The position numbers and the translations under genes were made by a program. The notes under the pieces were generated by a model. It was not told where the DNA came from and ran no database searches. It saw nothing but the letters and a program-made list of their open reading frames with translations. A stretch of DNA of 64,000 bases, from assembly GCF_026571515.1 (NCBI RefSeq), contig NW_026861848.1, positions 62,001-126,000 on the forward strand, written 5' to 3'. Shown here in pieces: positions 41,756 to 56,049 of the stretch. The DNA comes from Ruditapes philippinarum. Its lineage: Eukaryota. The stretch's first letter is position 1. Each line of letters begins with the position of its first letter.

Positions 41756-44700
41756 ATGGACAAGAAGATCGGAAGAGGTTCGTCTAACAATGCTTTTTAT
41801 AATGATGATCACAAGTGGGATTCTCAAGACTCATCACATTTTGACAATAAATGTTGTATACACATTGAAAACAAGAATGAATCAAAGAAGTCAATTAATA
41901 AGGAAAAAATGGATTCTGATAAAAATAAAAGAGTAAAAAGCGAAAAGAATAAAGTAGATGGGCTCAGTTATTGGTGGGACGTGTTTGTTTGCTTTGTCAT
42001 CAACGTTTGTATTCAAACAATTGAATCATTTGTTGACATAGGAATACATGACCAAAGGTTTTTGAGAACATTTGATGTGAATGAAACGGAGGTGCAACAA
42101 GTCAATAACTATTTTAAGAGTATGATAGATTTCTTCGGTAATTATTTCTTTTACATTTGATTTATATTCTAAAAACAACAGTGTGTACATTATTATTAAC
42201 TAAAGTAATAAATGTGAAGCAATAAATGACATCACAGCACTTATATTTATGTATCAGAATAGCACACCAACATTTATTTCATTTATGGCCTAGTTTCTAA
42301 TTTGATAGTTGACATCACTAATATTCATTAAATCTAAATTTTTAAAAACAATAAAAACTCATTGTTAATTCTGCTTGCTTTTCGGATTTATAATATTTGT
42401 CATAGTTTACGGTTCGGATCGAAATATCCGTCCCGATGTAACCCGCCCATTGAGCGGTTACGAGGCTTGCCCACTTACCTCCCATGGGCGGGTGGCCGAG
42501 TAAAGGATATTTCGATCCGAACCGCAAACATATGTCAGATATTTATTTTTGCATGTTCTGCCATATTACACTATATTTTAAATTCTTTATCTTTATTTTC
42601 AATGGAAATTTATATCATTACAACCGTAACTACTTTCTTGCAACAGCGTATGAATTACAACTTTATTCATAACGGTATAATGACGCCATCCTAAGCGTGC
42701 CATTGTACAGCACATGAAATTTCCAGGAAACGCCAGTCTGATATGCAAGAAAAATTTATTATATTCTAATCACGGTCAGTAAATGAATGGTCATTAACGT
42801 TTTCAGGCACATCCAAGACTTTGCCATACTTTGTTATTGAACGTAATGATTATTCTTCATAAATTAATAAAAAAAATATGCATTTGACTAACCATTATTT
42901 CACTGAATTTTACTTATTCTTTCAAAACAATTTTAGATGTGCACAACTGCGTCTTTTCGCTTTCAGCTCCGATTGGCGTATTTGTGATGACAAAGTTTGG
43001 ACAAAGGACAAATATTGTTGCCGGATCACTATTGATCTGCGCTTCATTTACAGGCATATCTTTCCTTGACAGTAGATCAGGTAAGTAATCACAATTATAC
43101 ATATTTTGAAAACATTTTTTTGTTTGTTTCGTAGCTGAAGTTTTTATCATAGTAACAAGAAAAAAAATTGTTACTTCACCAAAAACAAGTATCCAACAGC
43201 AACTCTTTTTGTAAGAAAATCTTTAAGTCAATTAGGTGAGAATATTAAGTATATAAAATCTTGAAATATAATGTTGATAGTTCTCAGTACCATTCATGTG
43301 GAGACAAACTACTAATAATAAATTGATTGAAACAGATAATGATGGTGAAAATGATAACCTTATACATATCTATATACAGTAGATAAGTAATTATTCAAGA
43401 ATCAAATGTTATTCATTATTTTAACTTTATCACCTTTAACTAAGGATATATTAACTTAAAGAATACCATGATATCTAAAAAAACATCACTATTGTTTTAA
43501 TCAATATTTGAAATACTTACTGAATAATTGTGCCCATTCACGACATATCAAAAGCTTTGTTGTTGTTTTTGTTGTTTGTTGGTTTTTATATCCTTTTTTC
43601 TGTGTTTTTTTGTATTGCTATCAAGTTTCATTAAATGTATTCCTCGATAATCAAAATCATTCAAAATGGACAAAATTTAAATCTCAAGTCTCATGGACAA
43701 CCGTTAATTTGGTATATACTTTATTTCAAGTGCCGCATTCTGTCTGGTACTGGAAAATTGGTATTTGTGGACCAGCAGGTAAATGTGTTACTCGTTCTTA
43801 CTTGCTTCTTAGTACATGCTATCCACGTTTTACATTTAACCGCTGTGCAAAACCTGCATGTAAATTGTGTAAAATTGATTTTGTTTAAAGAAATGAAATG
43901 TCAAGACATCATGTGGTAGGTAGCTACGGACCCTCGAATATGATAAAAGTTGATGAAAGTAAGATACAGATATACAGAATAAAAATCTTCTTGTTCATAC
44001 AAAAGTTATAAAAAAAAATTCTGGGATGGAAATTATCGGAAACACTTTTTGTCAATCAAGTGATGTAGACCCCTTCTTCCTCAATTCACTGGTTATGGCT
44101 TGAAATAACGTGTTCTGCATCTTCAATGCATGGGCATGCTTCAGAAAAAAAGACCTGTTCATATTTTGACCGATCAAATAAGCGAAATTGTAAGTCAACA
44201 TATTACGCTGTATTATGTCATTTCCAAAACTAAATGTTGTTTAACTTTAGGGTTTGGAATAAGTCTTCTGAAAATAGGTGCCTTGGTTCCTGTACTCGAG
44301 TATTTTACTAAAAGGAGGATGGAAGCACTTTTGTTGACAAAAGTTGGTTTTGTATTAGGATATGTTATTGACATGGGTGCTAAGTTTGCAGGAACTCTAC
44401 ACTGGACAACATTATACAGGTAAGCTTCACATTATCATACAAATTTTAATCTTATGAAGGGCAATATTGATAAGTAAATAAGTATTTTATTGGTCTTGGT
44501 CCTCAAATTTCTGAACTATAGAGATATATACATTCTGTCGTATTAAGATATGAATTATTTGTATTTGGTTCCAAATTGTAATTTAAGTAATACTTTAGAT
44601 ATCAATAAAGTGTTCAACTAGATTAAATAGATTAGTTTTAAGTTAAGGTAAAGTCATACCTTAGATATGTATAATAGTGTTTAACTTGGTTCAAGGGATT

Positions 44701-47700
44701 AATTTTAAGTTCAGCTAGATTTATACTTATTTGCCTCCGCGCCGAAGCGCGGCGCCTATTGGAATGAAATGAGATTTTGTGAAAGGGCGACAGCAACTTC
44801 TCGAGCCTTTTATAGTTGCCAATAATAAAAGCCGATCATTCCGATCGGTATGAGGGTGCTTGATTATTAATTAGTCGCGATATGTACAATGAATGGCGAA
44901 CTGGAGAATTTCGCAATGCAAACATTTTCAAATGAAATAACCTTTTCCGTCAATAAATCGCGCTCTTCGGGGTATTTTTGCTTATCATTTTGTAGTACAC
45001 AGTGGGTTATTATGGTATGTTATTCCGAAAACGTTAATAGAATGATGAGTTGATGACCTAAATATTCCGAAAATCTATTTATAGAGGGATGTACTCCTAT
45101 CCGTAATTCCCGGTCTCTCCCGGGATTTACTAATGACCGGCGAATAGTACCACACGTTTATTGTCCGGTCTCTCCCGGTTTTGGAGAAGATATCGTTACA
45201 GAACAGAACAAATATTTTACAGATAAATAAGCTTTTTTTCAAAATGAATGTTTGTCACTTAGTTTGGTTACAATAATTAATAAACACAGATCAACTCTCG
45301 AATTGATTGATTATTATTATACATAAACATACAATTCGAAAAAAAACCAACAACACAAATCGCATGTTATATTTTATCTATATGAGATAAAAACAATAAA
45401 TATGTACAATAATTGAGAAAAAATGTACATTTTTATGGCATTAGTATGACACTATCAACTTTAAAACATTTTATATAATTTGTTATTCGTGTTTAGTAAA
45501 GATTCCGAGGAATTATTCAAAGTTACAAATCAGATTTTAAGAATTATTCAATTGATTGATAATTTAAAAAATGATAAAGAAAAATACAAATGTACATGTA
45601 TATGGTTTAAGAATAAACAATATTATAAATTGAAAGATTAACCATGATTTACTGACTTTTTCCAGTTAAGTTGACTTATAATCGTCGATCATTATGACAA
45701 TTGAATTCTTAAAATAGTAGTAAACGTAAAAACTCAGTATTAAAATAGCGCATAAAACACACACAAAAAAAGAAAAGAAAACAATATTCATAAAATCTGT
45801 AATTTTTTTATTAAAATAGAAATTATATTTATTGTATAATAAACAATTATGCTCAACATGATCAACATGGTAATATAACAAGTGTCATATTGTTACTTAG
45901 TGTGAACAGATACCTTAAGAGGGGGTCCTCGTTAATAGCAATAACATAATAAGGGACAATTACACAAGTATGGTGTTGATCATGCGTTACACATATGGAT
46001 TATAAATGATTGTATACATGTATATCCGTTGCTATTAATAACCACGATCATAAAGAAATAACAAGTAATATTTTAATTTCTAGCATGCCGATCAAAGTTA
46101 TAAATAATGAACAATGTCTTTCGTCCGTTCATTCAAAAGTGATATACAATTCTGGTAAAACCCAATGAACCATTGAAAAGTTTATAAGAATATCTTGTCA
46201 TCATATATCTACTAGTTCATCTGCACCTGCTGTTTGGACGCCCTTTGATGCTTTGCATCAATGCTTTTCTTGTTGTCACTATCATACATTTGTAAAGATC
46301 TATTCTGTGTTGTTTTGATCTTGTTTGTGCGCGTGTTTTTTGGGGGGAGGGGGGGGGTGGTAGTTCCCAGTACTTAATATGATCGAAATATAGAAATAAA
46401 ATTATGCCTTAATCCGATTTTTATTTAAAAAGTAATTGATGTCTTAAAATATATTAATATTCATAGGCGAATGCCGTCAGTGTACGCTGCTCTGATTAGG
46501 TCTAAAAACAGTTCATAATATCACAAGTTTCAGGTTTGAAACTTTGATATTTGAGATGATCTTTAGTGTTGTATGTTTACAAATTTGAACAAAAATTGAA
46601 ATATTCTTAATTTTCTGTCTTTTACAGCGATGAAATTAAATCCATCTGTCATTTTACCTGCACATGTATTTTCATTTTTTTAGAATAAATGCTGGTTTAT
46701 GTGCATTTCCTTTAGTGTTTATTTTTAAGAAGAAGGTTTTTATGATTAAGGTATGTACAATTTTAGTGCTTGCAATCGTTCAAGAATAATAGTTTATCTG
46801 TAAAATTTTGTATGCTAAATCACGTAAACAACTGCAGACAGATATCATCATCCATGCTTCTATATAAATCAATATAAGTGTGCATGCACGTAAATTCGTG
46901 TATGAGCCTGCATGTGTACATAAGTAAATAGAAAAGGAAAATATTAATTTACATTTTTGGCAGTCAAATGCTCATTTCAGCTAATAAATGTAAAATATAT
47001 CATTTTAGACGAATAATTATTGTGAACTTTACAAGGTTTTATATTCAGGTTATATCTGAACAAGAAATCGAGGAGGAAAGAAATACCAATAAGAAAGCAG
47101 AAACAAAAGGAGGGCGGAAAAATAATTGTAAAGTTCCATGCTTAGATAAAGTTTTAGACAACTTTCCTGTGTTGAAAAGGAAAACGTTGTGGACAGTTGT
47201 TGGGGTGTTTTCCACCTTTAGATTCGGTACCCGTTATTTAATTGTTACATAAATGATGATAGAAGTGAAAATTTTATTTAAATGAAATTGCCGGTTAAAG
47301 CTTCTAGAGTTTGTATCCTTTTAAACAGTAATTAACTGCCAATATGTCCGAGTCATTTTACGTTCTGTCTTCTTTTTGTGTTTTGAAATTAATACAGTTA
47401 TGCAGATACATTTCTTTAAAAGCATTCTTTGACCTTTATTATTATTGCTTTTTTGTTGTTGTTGTTGCTGTTGTTGTTGTTGTTGTTGTTATGTTGTTAT
47501 CTTAAAGAAGTATTGTTAATATCAGTTTTATCATATCTTACTTAAATTGTTATTAAAACTATTTAATTATTATTAAAGGGACTTCACTTCCCAGATTTTC
47601 TCAGTCGGGGATCTCAAAGAAAATTAAGGGGCATATAGAATCTACCACAGATTCTTTCGTTGAAGATCTAACAGTAATAATAGGAACTTTAGTCGGAATA

Positions 47701-50700
47701 ATATTGTCATATTTGGCAAGGAAGTGCAGCTGCCTCAAAAGGTAACAAACTTTACCAAAATGAATATGTATTTAAAAATACCTTCGTATAGTTCCGATTG
47801 CCTTACACAATTTCTTAGAGTTTTTGGGGGAAATGCGCAGGTAATGAATCAGCGTAATCCATCTTTTCTTCCATCTAGCTTGATTCATATATAACAGCCA
47901 GTTGATCAGGTTGATTTTAATAGACATGACTGAATGTTATAGTCACATAATACATTTATTCATACACAATGTTTAATACAATATGTCTACAACAATCGGA
48001 CCCACTACATGTTATATATGGATCATATACAATCATGAATAAGGAAATTACGGAGTGTACTTGGTCGAATGGTTAATGTTTTTTCTTTAAAGCTAATGGC
48101 CCTAACCGCTGTGTATACGAATCCGACATGGACTTCAGATTCGTTAGGTGATGTAACTAGCGTATGGAATGTCGCCGCTTTTACTCAGGTGCCCATTCAT
48201 TCAAAAAACGGGAAAAAATGACCTTTATGTGTTGGTACTGTGTAAAATCTTGTCCCGAGATCATGTGTTAAGTAATTTCAATCGAATCCAACTTACGTTT
48301 TCGAATTGTTAACCCTTTCTTTTATAACGAGTGTCATATTCTTAATCTATTAATGGACGGTTATTTATTTTCACATATTTAAGCAGGCAGGAAAGAAATT
48401 AAATACTGTCACTTTCTGCAGTTCCATTTCTGAGTTATGATACATTTTAGCCTATTGCAGATGTGATGTATTGCCAAAGAAAGAAGTTCAATCAACCAAA
48501 TCCTGCAGTATTTTCAAATTTGTCGTTTTGGGCGTTCTAAAGGGATTTTAGTTTTTCTCTTTTTTACAAATGTACAATTTGAAATGTATTTCTTTTTTAA
48601 TGTAATCTTAAGGTTAAGCTGGAAAAGGAAAATATCTCTTAAAATCAGTGAAAGTAAATGCATAAAAGTTGATTGAAGTTGAAGAATGAAAAGATATTAA
48701 TTTAAAGTTTTTAAACAATCTTCATGAAACCATGCCTGTAAAATTTTCCATTTTACCGCAAATTACGTACTTATAGGATTCTGATTCTGTTTTTTGTTTG
48801 TTTGTTTTTTTTTTCGATTTTAGTTATTGCCCTGTAACTTCGGACATTTTTCAGAAATATATGTTTTACTTCAAATTTAGATTTTTTTTTGATATATTTC
48901 AAAACTTTTACATGAATGGATAACATGCATAATGACGGAATAATGGTATTTAAATGCTATCGTCATTCCTGTACATTGTGTGTGTTGAGTATTGGTCCTG
49001 TAATATTCTATTTATATTTTGTACTGTGAAACGAAAATGTTGGTTCGGCAAATTATTCGTTCTTCTAGGGTCCAAGTAAACTTTACAATTAACTAAATGT
49101 TAATTGATCTATAAATCATTAATCGTATCCAAAAAGGTAAATACAAATGATAAAAGTATTTGTTTTCATATAATGAAAACAATTCCCAAATACTGTTATT
49201 AATGAAATAAATTTTGTAAATTTCCGCGAAAGAATTAATAGAAACCTAAAGTTTTGAATATTTCTCTGTATAATTAATTCCAAAATTTATCATAAAAAAG
49301 TTTAATTTCCTTCAAAGCACCATAAGACTAGTAAAAAGTTTATTTTTGTAAAAGGATGTTTAGTTCTTCCACTAGTGTATGATAAACCCCTATTGTATCA
49401 TATTTTGCCACCCACGTTCGAAATTAATTTCTGTCTCTTAAAGTATGAGCTCCCTAAGGACACTATAAGGAACTATAAAATTGACAACATAGGTCTAATA
49501 TATACCTTAAAGGACACCTGTATGCAAAATTTAAAGAAAGTTTACCATATGGTTAACGAGTTATGGTATTTTTTCTTACTTGAAACTTAGCTACAAGAAG
49601 GGCTCTTTTTCAGAAAGGAGAAACTCTCAGTAATCTATCATAATTATAATCAATATGAAAAATATTTTCCATTTGATTATTGTTAAAAAACAAATAATAG
49701 CATTCAACTAACAAATTACACAAGAAAAATTAGTGTTTCTACACAAAATGTTTGAAATATGTATACAAGTGTTACCCTACCCCACCAATTTTAAACCCTT
49801 GGTTGACAATTTCCTTCTTGGAGGACCTTAATAGCCTTAAAATTTATCAAATTGAGGGACTGTTTTCAAAGTTTGCCTATTTTTTTTTAAAGTATACTGT
49901 TTGAGCTTGTCAAATATAAAATACTGTTACCGTCTAATTTTTTATATAATTAGAGTTTGAAAATATCAGGTATCATATATGTTGATAAATTTGGCATAAT
50001 TTAGCCATAAAATATCAATAATAATTTTATAATTAAAATGAAACACTCTTTTCTTACCAAGAGTGACCCAAGAGACACAACAAATGTTGAAAGAAAAAAA
50101 TAGAAAGAAAATAAAAGTTGCCTCTACCCGCGCCCCTCAGCTTTAATGCAGTTGACACAAGTTCTAGCCTATTTGAATACTCTTCAAAGTGGAGGTAATG
50201 CATTAGGTGGGTCATACCTTAAATGATCCCCTTATTTTGCCATTAGAAAGAATTATTATTCTTTTGCATATACCATTTATAAACTTATCTAATTCCTGTA
50301 AGGAATCTGTTCGGAAAGAAATGAATCAGAGGGATAGTTTCTATAAATGTTGTACATATATATTGTCCATTATCTATGTTGGTCATAAAACCCTGTTGTC
50401 TGTTTGGGCTTGAATATTTCCTTCAGGTAAATCTTGACACGTTTTAGACAATATGTAGAATATATTATATAAATCCCTTTTATATTATAATAATAAAGTA
50501 GTATTAAACAAATAACACTAATCAACCATCTTCTTTAAATGTTCTGCAACATTTTGTTGCAACTTTCCTAAACCAGATGCTGTGAGAATAGTAATAAACG
50601 GTTGCCGAAACAAACTTGCTTATATTTGTTAAATGGTGCAATAATCTTTACATTTAATCTAATAACAATTGTTGAAATTTCAGAAATAAATGTTGTTTAG

Positions 50701-53368
50701 TTATATATGTTTTGTATAATTTATTTGTAATTGTTTCTCTGAACTGTATCTATTTAATGTTTTTCAGAATAAGTCCTGAGGATTTTGGAAAATTAAGTCA
50801 ACTCCTACAAGTTATTTATTCTATTTTGTATTCCTTTTTCTTCCTATATAGATAACATATTCATTTCTTAAAGTCAGGAATTGACGTAACTGGTTTTTGC
50901 ATTCATTTTCTGTCAAGAGTAAATTCTGAATATCTGGATTTTGCTATATTTTCATAGGTATAGAAGGAGAGGTTTGGACTTTGCCTTCACAATCGTTTCC
51001 ATTGCTTGTCAAGTTATCGGTTTTTCTTCTGCAGTAACTTTAGACAAAGTTGGCTATCACATCTACTTCAATCTTATTCTTATGGCTTTAAAAGGTATAA
51101 ATTTGCGATTTTCTTCAAACTATATGTTTGTCTGTCTGCATACAAACATGTTTGTTTGTGTTTATTTGCATGTTTTAATCATTCAATGTGTTTTGTCGTA
51201 AAGTTTTTAGAATTATTGTAATGTAAAAAGACTTTGTTAATAGAAATTAAGTATAAAAGGATAATTTAGAACAAATGAACGTATTTTTCACAATTCGTAG
51301 TGCCACTTAGATGACCTATGTGTGTAGTTTGATATTGTACAATGATTAAACAAAAATAAACACTGTAACACTAGGTTAAACTACAATTGTCTCAATATCT
51401 CATTCCTGGTCAATACAATAAAACTCTAGAACCGGAAGTGGTGTACACTCTAACATGCATGCATCTATTTAAACAATAAGTAGCTGATTCCATGGATTAA
51501 CCTGATATTCCACATGCATGTCATTGCGCACTACTCTTGTTCATCATGTTTTCATCACAATAAAAAAGTACACATTAAATTGTATCAAGATAACGTTAAT
51601 TCAATGAGTCACCATTTAGTGCATTTTTACTTCCTTCCAAGAAGTAGCGAATAGTATGTAAATAACACATGGGTTTGTGGGTAACAGTATAATATCATCC
51701 CGAGGAAAACACTGTTACCCGAGGCGATTACCCCGAACAAAAATACTGTGACGATCTGAAATTGTCAATTAAATCTAACTCTAACAAAAGTAAACCAAGA
51801 GTAACAATAACTAAACTGTCCTTACCTTTTAAGTTTTAAGTGTACTTTAGGCCTACTTGAGAAGTTTTCTTTTTCTTTTATTCTTTAAGCATGTGATGAT
51901 ATCTACAAATCATAAACATACAATAAGCTAGCTAGGTTTAATTTAGAAAACAAAACACTAAAATAACAAGAAATAAAGATCACAAGGCAAAGGCAACGTT
52001 CACAGGACGCCGCCCCCGGACACACCCAAGCAGGACACCAAAAAAGTAAATGGAGTGGACACAAGGGTGAAAGGAGCGGGACATGTATTGTGAAATAATA
52101 TAAACAAAAACAGGCACATAATGAAATTAAAGGGAAGGGGCTTTACGGGTGAAAAGGTGGGGGGGGAATTAAAAATGGAAAGGGGGGGAGGAATACCTAC
52201 CGTCAACGACAATCCAACAAGACAGACATCACAAAACAAGTATACATCTAAAAACAAGTAACAATACAGATACACACATAGCTGACACATCGATATTTTA
52301 ATGTATTGGCGGACAATATTTATACATGTGTTAAACTGACATTATCACTACTTTGCAAGGTTTATCAGAAAATATAAGAACTGAAGCAATGCCAGATGTC
52401 CTTGGAAGTTCTAATATTAAAATAACGGAGGGACTTCTTCATATGTTCACAGGATTAGCCGGTATAGTAGCTGAAACTGTACACAGTAAGTTTTATTTCC
52501 ATTTAGAATTGCTGAACACTTTTTTAATGATATTAAGTCAAAGAAATTGTAAGATACTGGCTGGATGAAAGCATAAGCTAAACGAAATAATCAGTAATAT
52601 TAATTTACAGAATTAAATCGTAACATTAAACTTTCCAAATAAGTTGCATCATAATATACGCTTTCACCTATTTGCAAGACTTTTGTTCAAGTGTCAACTA
52701 AGGTCAATACTTTTTTTAATTTGTTTTAGTGTGACTTTTGCATTCTGCAAAATGATATATAATGGGTTATAAGCACCTTTATATTTGTAATGTACTAATA
52801 AATTTGGATTTCTTTTAAATATAAATTCAAAGTTTATTTTATTCGAGGTGCACAACGTACGACAGACGGCCAGCAAGACTGGAAAAAAATGTTTAAGATA
52901 GGTGGTGGATGTCTCCTTATGAATGGTCTCTTGTCAGAGGTATACGTTATGTCAATGTTATTTAAACATCCAAGACAAGATGAAGATGTGTCAAATAAAT
53001 TGAATGAAGACGGAAATGAATCTAACCAAGATAACGAGGATTTTGCTGTGGTAGAAACCTCGAGTATTAAAAATGCAATCAAGAGCAAACTTCTAGCGTC
53101 GAAATCAACGGATACTAACATACTAACAGTAAATACAGGTACTATGACAGAACCATTCAAGACTGATCCGATGCCAGAACCATTAACGATTAATGTTAAC
53201 CCACTTCCATATAGCCAACCAACATATTCTAAAGCAAGAATACCAGCAACTACTCCATCAAGAAATTCAACAATTTCACCTGGCACAGTAGCTGCTGTCA
53301 TAGATTGTCCAAGATATGTTAAAGCATTGATGCCGCCATATAAACGAACATTTCCAAAAAACATGTAA
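41756..53368 (+). CDS. Divergent monocarboxylate-transporter-family (SLC16-like) MFS protein, ~634 aa, 10 coding exons
   Basis: Exons 41756-42137, 42967-43080, 43731-43778, 44251-44419, 46684-46750, 47049-47226, 47579-47741, 50958-51094, 52360-52485 and 52848-53368; all GT-AG and phase-consistent (1905 nt). SLC16-like motifs: VDGLSYWW (DGGxGW-like) before TM1, APIGVFVMTKFGQRTNIVAG (MFS motif A region), EYFTKRRMEA (YFxKRRxLA) and DVLGSSNIKITEGLLHMFTGLAG, with a central hydrophilic loop and a long C-tail. Confidence 0.85.
42392..42543. mobile_element. Palindromic MITE core
   Basis: catagtttacggttcggatcgaaatatcc pairs with ggatatttcgatccgaaccgcaaacatatg; centre contains cgaggcttgcc. Confidence 0.8.
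44728..45190. mobile_element. Possible Helitron/Helentron-type fragment
   Basis: GC hairpin ccgcgc-cgaa-gcgcgg at ~44737-44752 and repeated ccggtctctcccgg at ~45109 and ~45165; extent uncertain. Confidence 0.3.
48052..48250 (+). mobile_element. Degenerate tRNA-derived SINE
   Basis: A-box-like tggtcgaatggtta, B-box-like tacgaatcc, body tactcaggtgccc and tail atgacctttatgtgttggt. Confidence 0.6.
51747..52287 (-). mobile_element. LTR-like insertion adjoining a truncated palindromic MITE (51655-51746)
   Basis: Minus strand TGTCAG...GTCACA termini, strong strand skew, AATAAA about 130 bp from the 3' end; no TSD visible. Confidence 0.4.
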
Positions 53369-53754
53369 ACGATTAGTAGAAAAAAAGAATGGAAGACGCA
53401 GAGAATATAATGTGTTTATGCATATGCAAATAACATTTCTAAACCTTATTGTCATTTACAAAAGTTATAATATTCCTACTCAATATTAAACTCTTTTAAT
53501 AATGAAGTATTATTGCCTTTTATATTAACATTGAACTCTTTCTTTAAGTGGTCAAATCAGCTGCAGGTAATTATGTTTAGAAAACAATACAATAATTAAA
53601 GTAAATAACAGGAACATTTGAATCTACGACTCATTAAATATACATTCTCAAACTGTGAATGTTGTTTAACCCAAACACTTTCAAAGATAATTTAGCTAAC
53701 CACTTTAGTCACATATTGCACAAGATTATTGCTTCTATTACAATTATGCTTTAA

Positions 53755-54411
53755 AGCGGCCTTCGGGTTTTCTTAAGTTGAAATTTATTACCCTTTAGTA
53801 GATAAATCGTTGCATATAAGTGTCAAATCAAAATTAAGTTGAAAAATGAATTCTGTCGACGATAAAATGTATAAACATGAAACCGCTTGATACCTATAAT
53901 CTACCGGTCCATCCTCTATATTTAAACTTAATGGATTTAGCTCAATACAGGATTGGAGCAGCACCTCTAGACGCTTGCAGAAATCATGATCACAAAATAG
54001 GCAAATATCGTTTTTTTTTTTCGCCGATTTTTACATTTCCCTTGATTATCGTACTAGATTCGGTGTGAAAAGATGAATTAGACCTGTTAAATTTAAATTC
54101 CGTTGGGTAAAAAGACAAGCTTTTAGCATTTTATCATTCAAGCGCCTTGTCCGGTATATACCGGAATACGGTATTTAGTGTGGTGCTCCAATCCTTTTTT
54201 TAGTCACAGGCTCACAGCCAAACTTAATTAATAAAGATTAGTTCCCCGGTTTTATATTTTTAGAAACGAACGTCATTGTCGCGTTATTAATAGCTATCTG
54301 GACGGTGTTTTGTAAATGTGAACTTTTCGAAAATAAAATTACTGACTGAAATATTTCGTTTGAGAGAACGCATGATTATTTTTTTAACAGAAAATAAAGC
54401 TTTAGGCCGCT
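53755..54411. mobile_element. Non-autonomous TTAA-type DNA transposon (Kolobok-like MITE)
   Basis: ttaa|agcggcct ... aggccgct|taaa termini; internal inverted pair ggattggagcagcac (~53950) and gtggtgctccaatcc (~54180); palindrome ccggtatataccgg at 54151-54164. Confidence 0.6.
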
Positions 54412-55591
54412 TAAAATGTTATTCACTTGTAATGAATATGAGAACAAATATGTCATTCTAAAGATAAAACAATTGTTTTTGTAACAATAAGAAGAAATAG
54501 CATTTTCCATTTACTGTCAGAAAATGACCGTTACACTTACTGCAATGTTTCACGTTCAGAATATAGAAAAGGTTGCAAACACAATTGAGATTAAAAATCA
54601 CAGCAGTTTTTTACAAGTCATAGAACGTGTAGTTACATTTACGTGATATTAATTGACAAAATATTTCATCTATGTATTCCGATTATGATATGTTTCGATC
54701 AACAAATTGATTTTTTTACTTAAAAGAGGAATATACCTGATACTAAAACTGTTTTGATGAAAATAGAAATGCCTAGAATTATAAAAAGGATGTTTTTCAC
54801 GAATATTAGAATATACAAAACTTTAATGAAAGCTTAAAGTACTGACGTAACATAAGGTTACACGGTTTTGGTGGAGCCCAAATTACCAATCTATCAGTTT
54901 TTCAACTAGATATAAACATATTTAAGATAGTTAGAAACTTTTCTTTTTTTAAAAATAAGCTCTAGTGAACCACTCTCTGTATTTAAAAATTAAAGCTTTA
55001 TTTAGATTCAATACAACTACCATTACTCAATGCACCTATCAATTTAAAGATCCCGAAACAGATTTTTATGGTTTTAAATCATAAATATGATGCTTAATAA
55101 ATTAAGATTTATCAATATTGTAGGTTAAAAAAGCATTTTAATTTATAAAGATATCACCGATGTAAATAAAGGGAGGCAATAAAAATTGTTTTTTTTTGCA
55201 TAATTATGTACATATATATTTTTTCACTTAGTGTGGTTTACCACTTTGATCAAAACATACAGGATCTTTAAATGGATTGAAGCATAATTAATTATAGCAG
55301 ACATATTCTATGTATTAATAGTTTCAACGATAGTTAATTGCAAAGTGTGCATGTACCTTATAAATACCCCCATTTACGTTTTTTTTTTTTCATTTTGATA
55401 GCAACATAATTGTACAAACGTAGTGAATTTGAAAGATTTTGATGTATGCAAAGTATTTTTAATCCTGAGCTACGAAAATGATATATATAACCAGATTCAA
55501 ATAAACTTAATGAATAAAAGCAATTTATATAACATAATACATTGTTATTTCTTACCCAACAAACACAGAAGCTTTATATCTAGAAGGAAGG

Positions 55592-55800
55592 GTGTAACCC
55601 ATCTTAAATTTGCGTCAACCTTACACAAATAGGCAAGATTGACGAGACAAGTATGTCTATTTTGTCTAACAGCAAAATAAAGAGCCCTTGTCCAAAAGAG
55701 AGAGCAAGAGTGTAACCAATCTTATATTTGAATCAGCCTTACACAAAAAGACAAGATTGACGAGACTGGTATGTCTATTTCGTCTGACAGTGAAGTAATG
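55592..55800 (+). repeat. Diverged ~118-bp tandem duplication
   Basis: gtgtaacc.atctta.atttg..tca.ccttacacaaa..caagattgacgagac..gtatgtctattt at 55592 and 55710. Confidence 0.85.
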
Positions 55801-56049
55801 TCTTGAAAGTCATTACGACGTATCGACTTAGTAAAACGACGGCTGGCATTTAAACATCTGATTGCGTTTTCTCCTAGTTCTAAAGGGCAAATAAAGTGCA
55901 AATTTATCATCCGATTAATTACCGGATGTATTGATTGACTTCATCAAGGTATTTTTGGCCAAGATAATTTGTGTTTGTTAGCTTTAAAAAAGGTTAGTTC
56001 ATACGAATTTGATTTCTTTCTTTAGTGTTGGAAGCAGTAAGCGTATTGA

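Noticed and set aside
46215-48507. Additional SLC16 exons near 46215-46290 and 48461-48507
   Set aside because: Phases or donors are incompatible, and the model is complete without them.
52834-53364. 176-aa minus-strand ORF
   Set aside because: Antisense shadow of the last SLC16-like exon; no recognisable domain.
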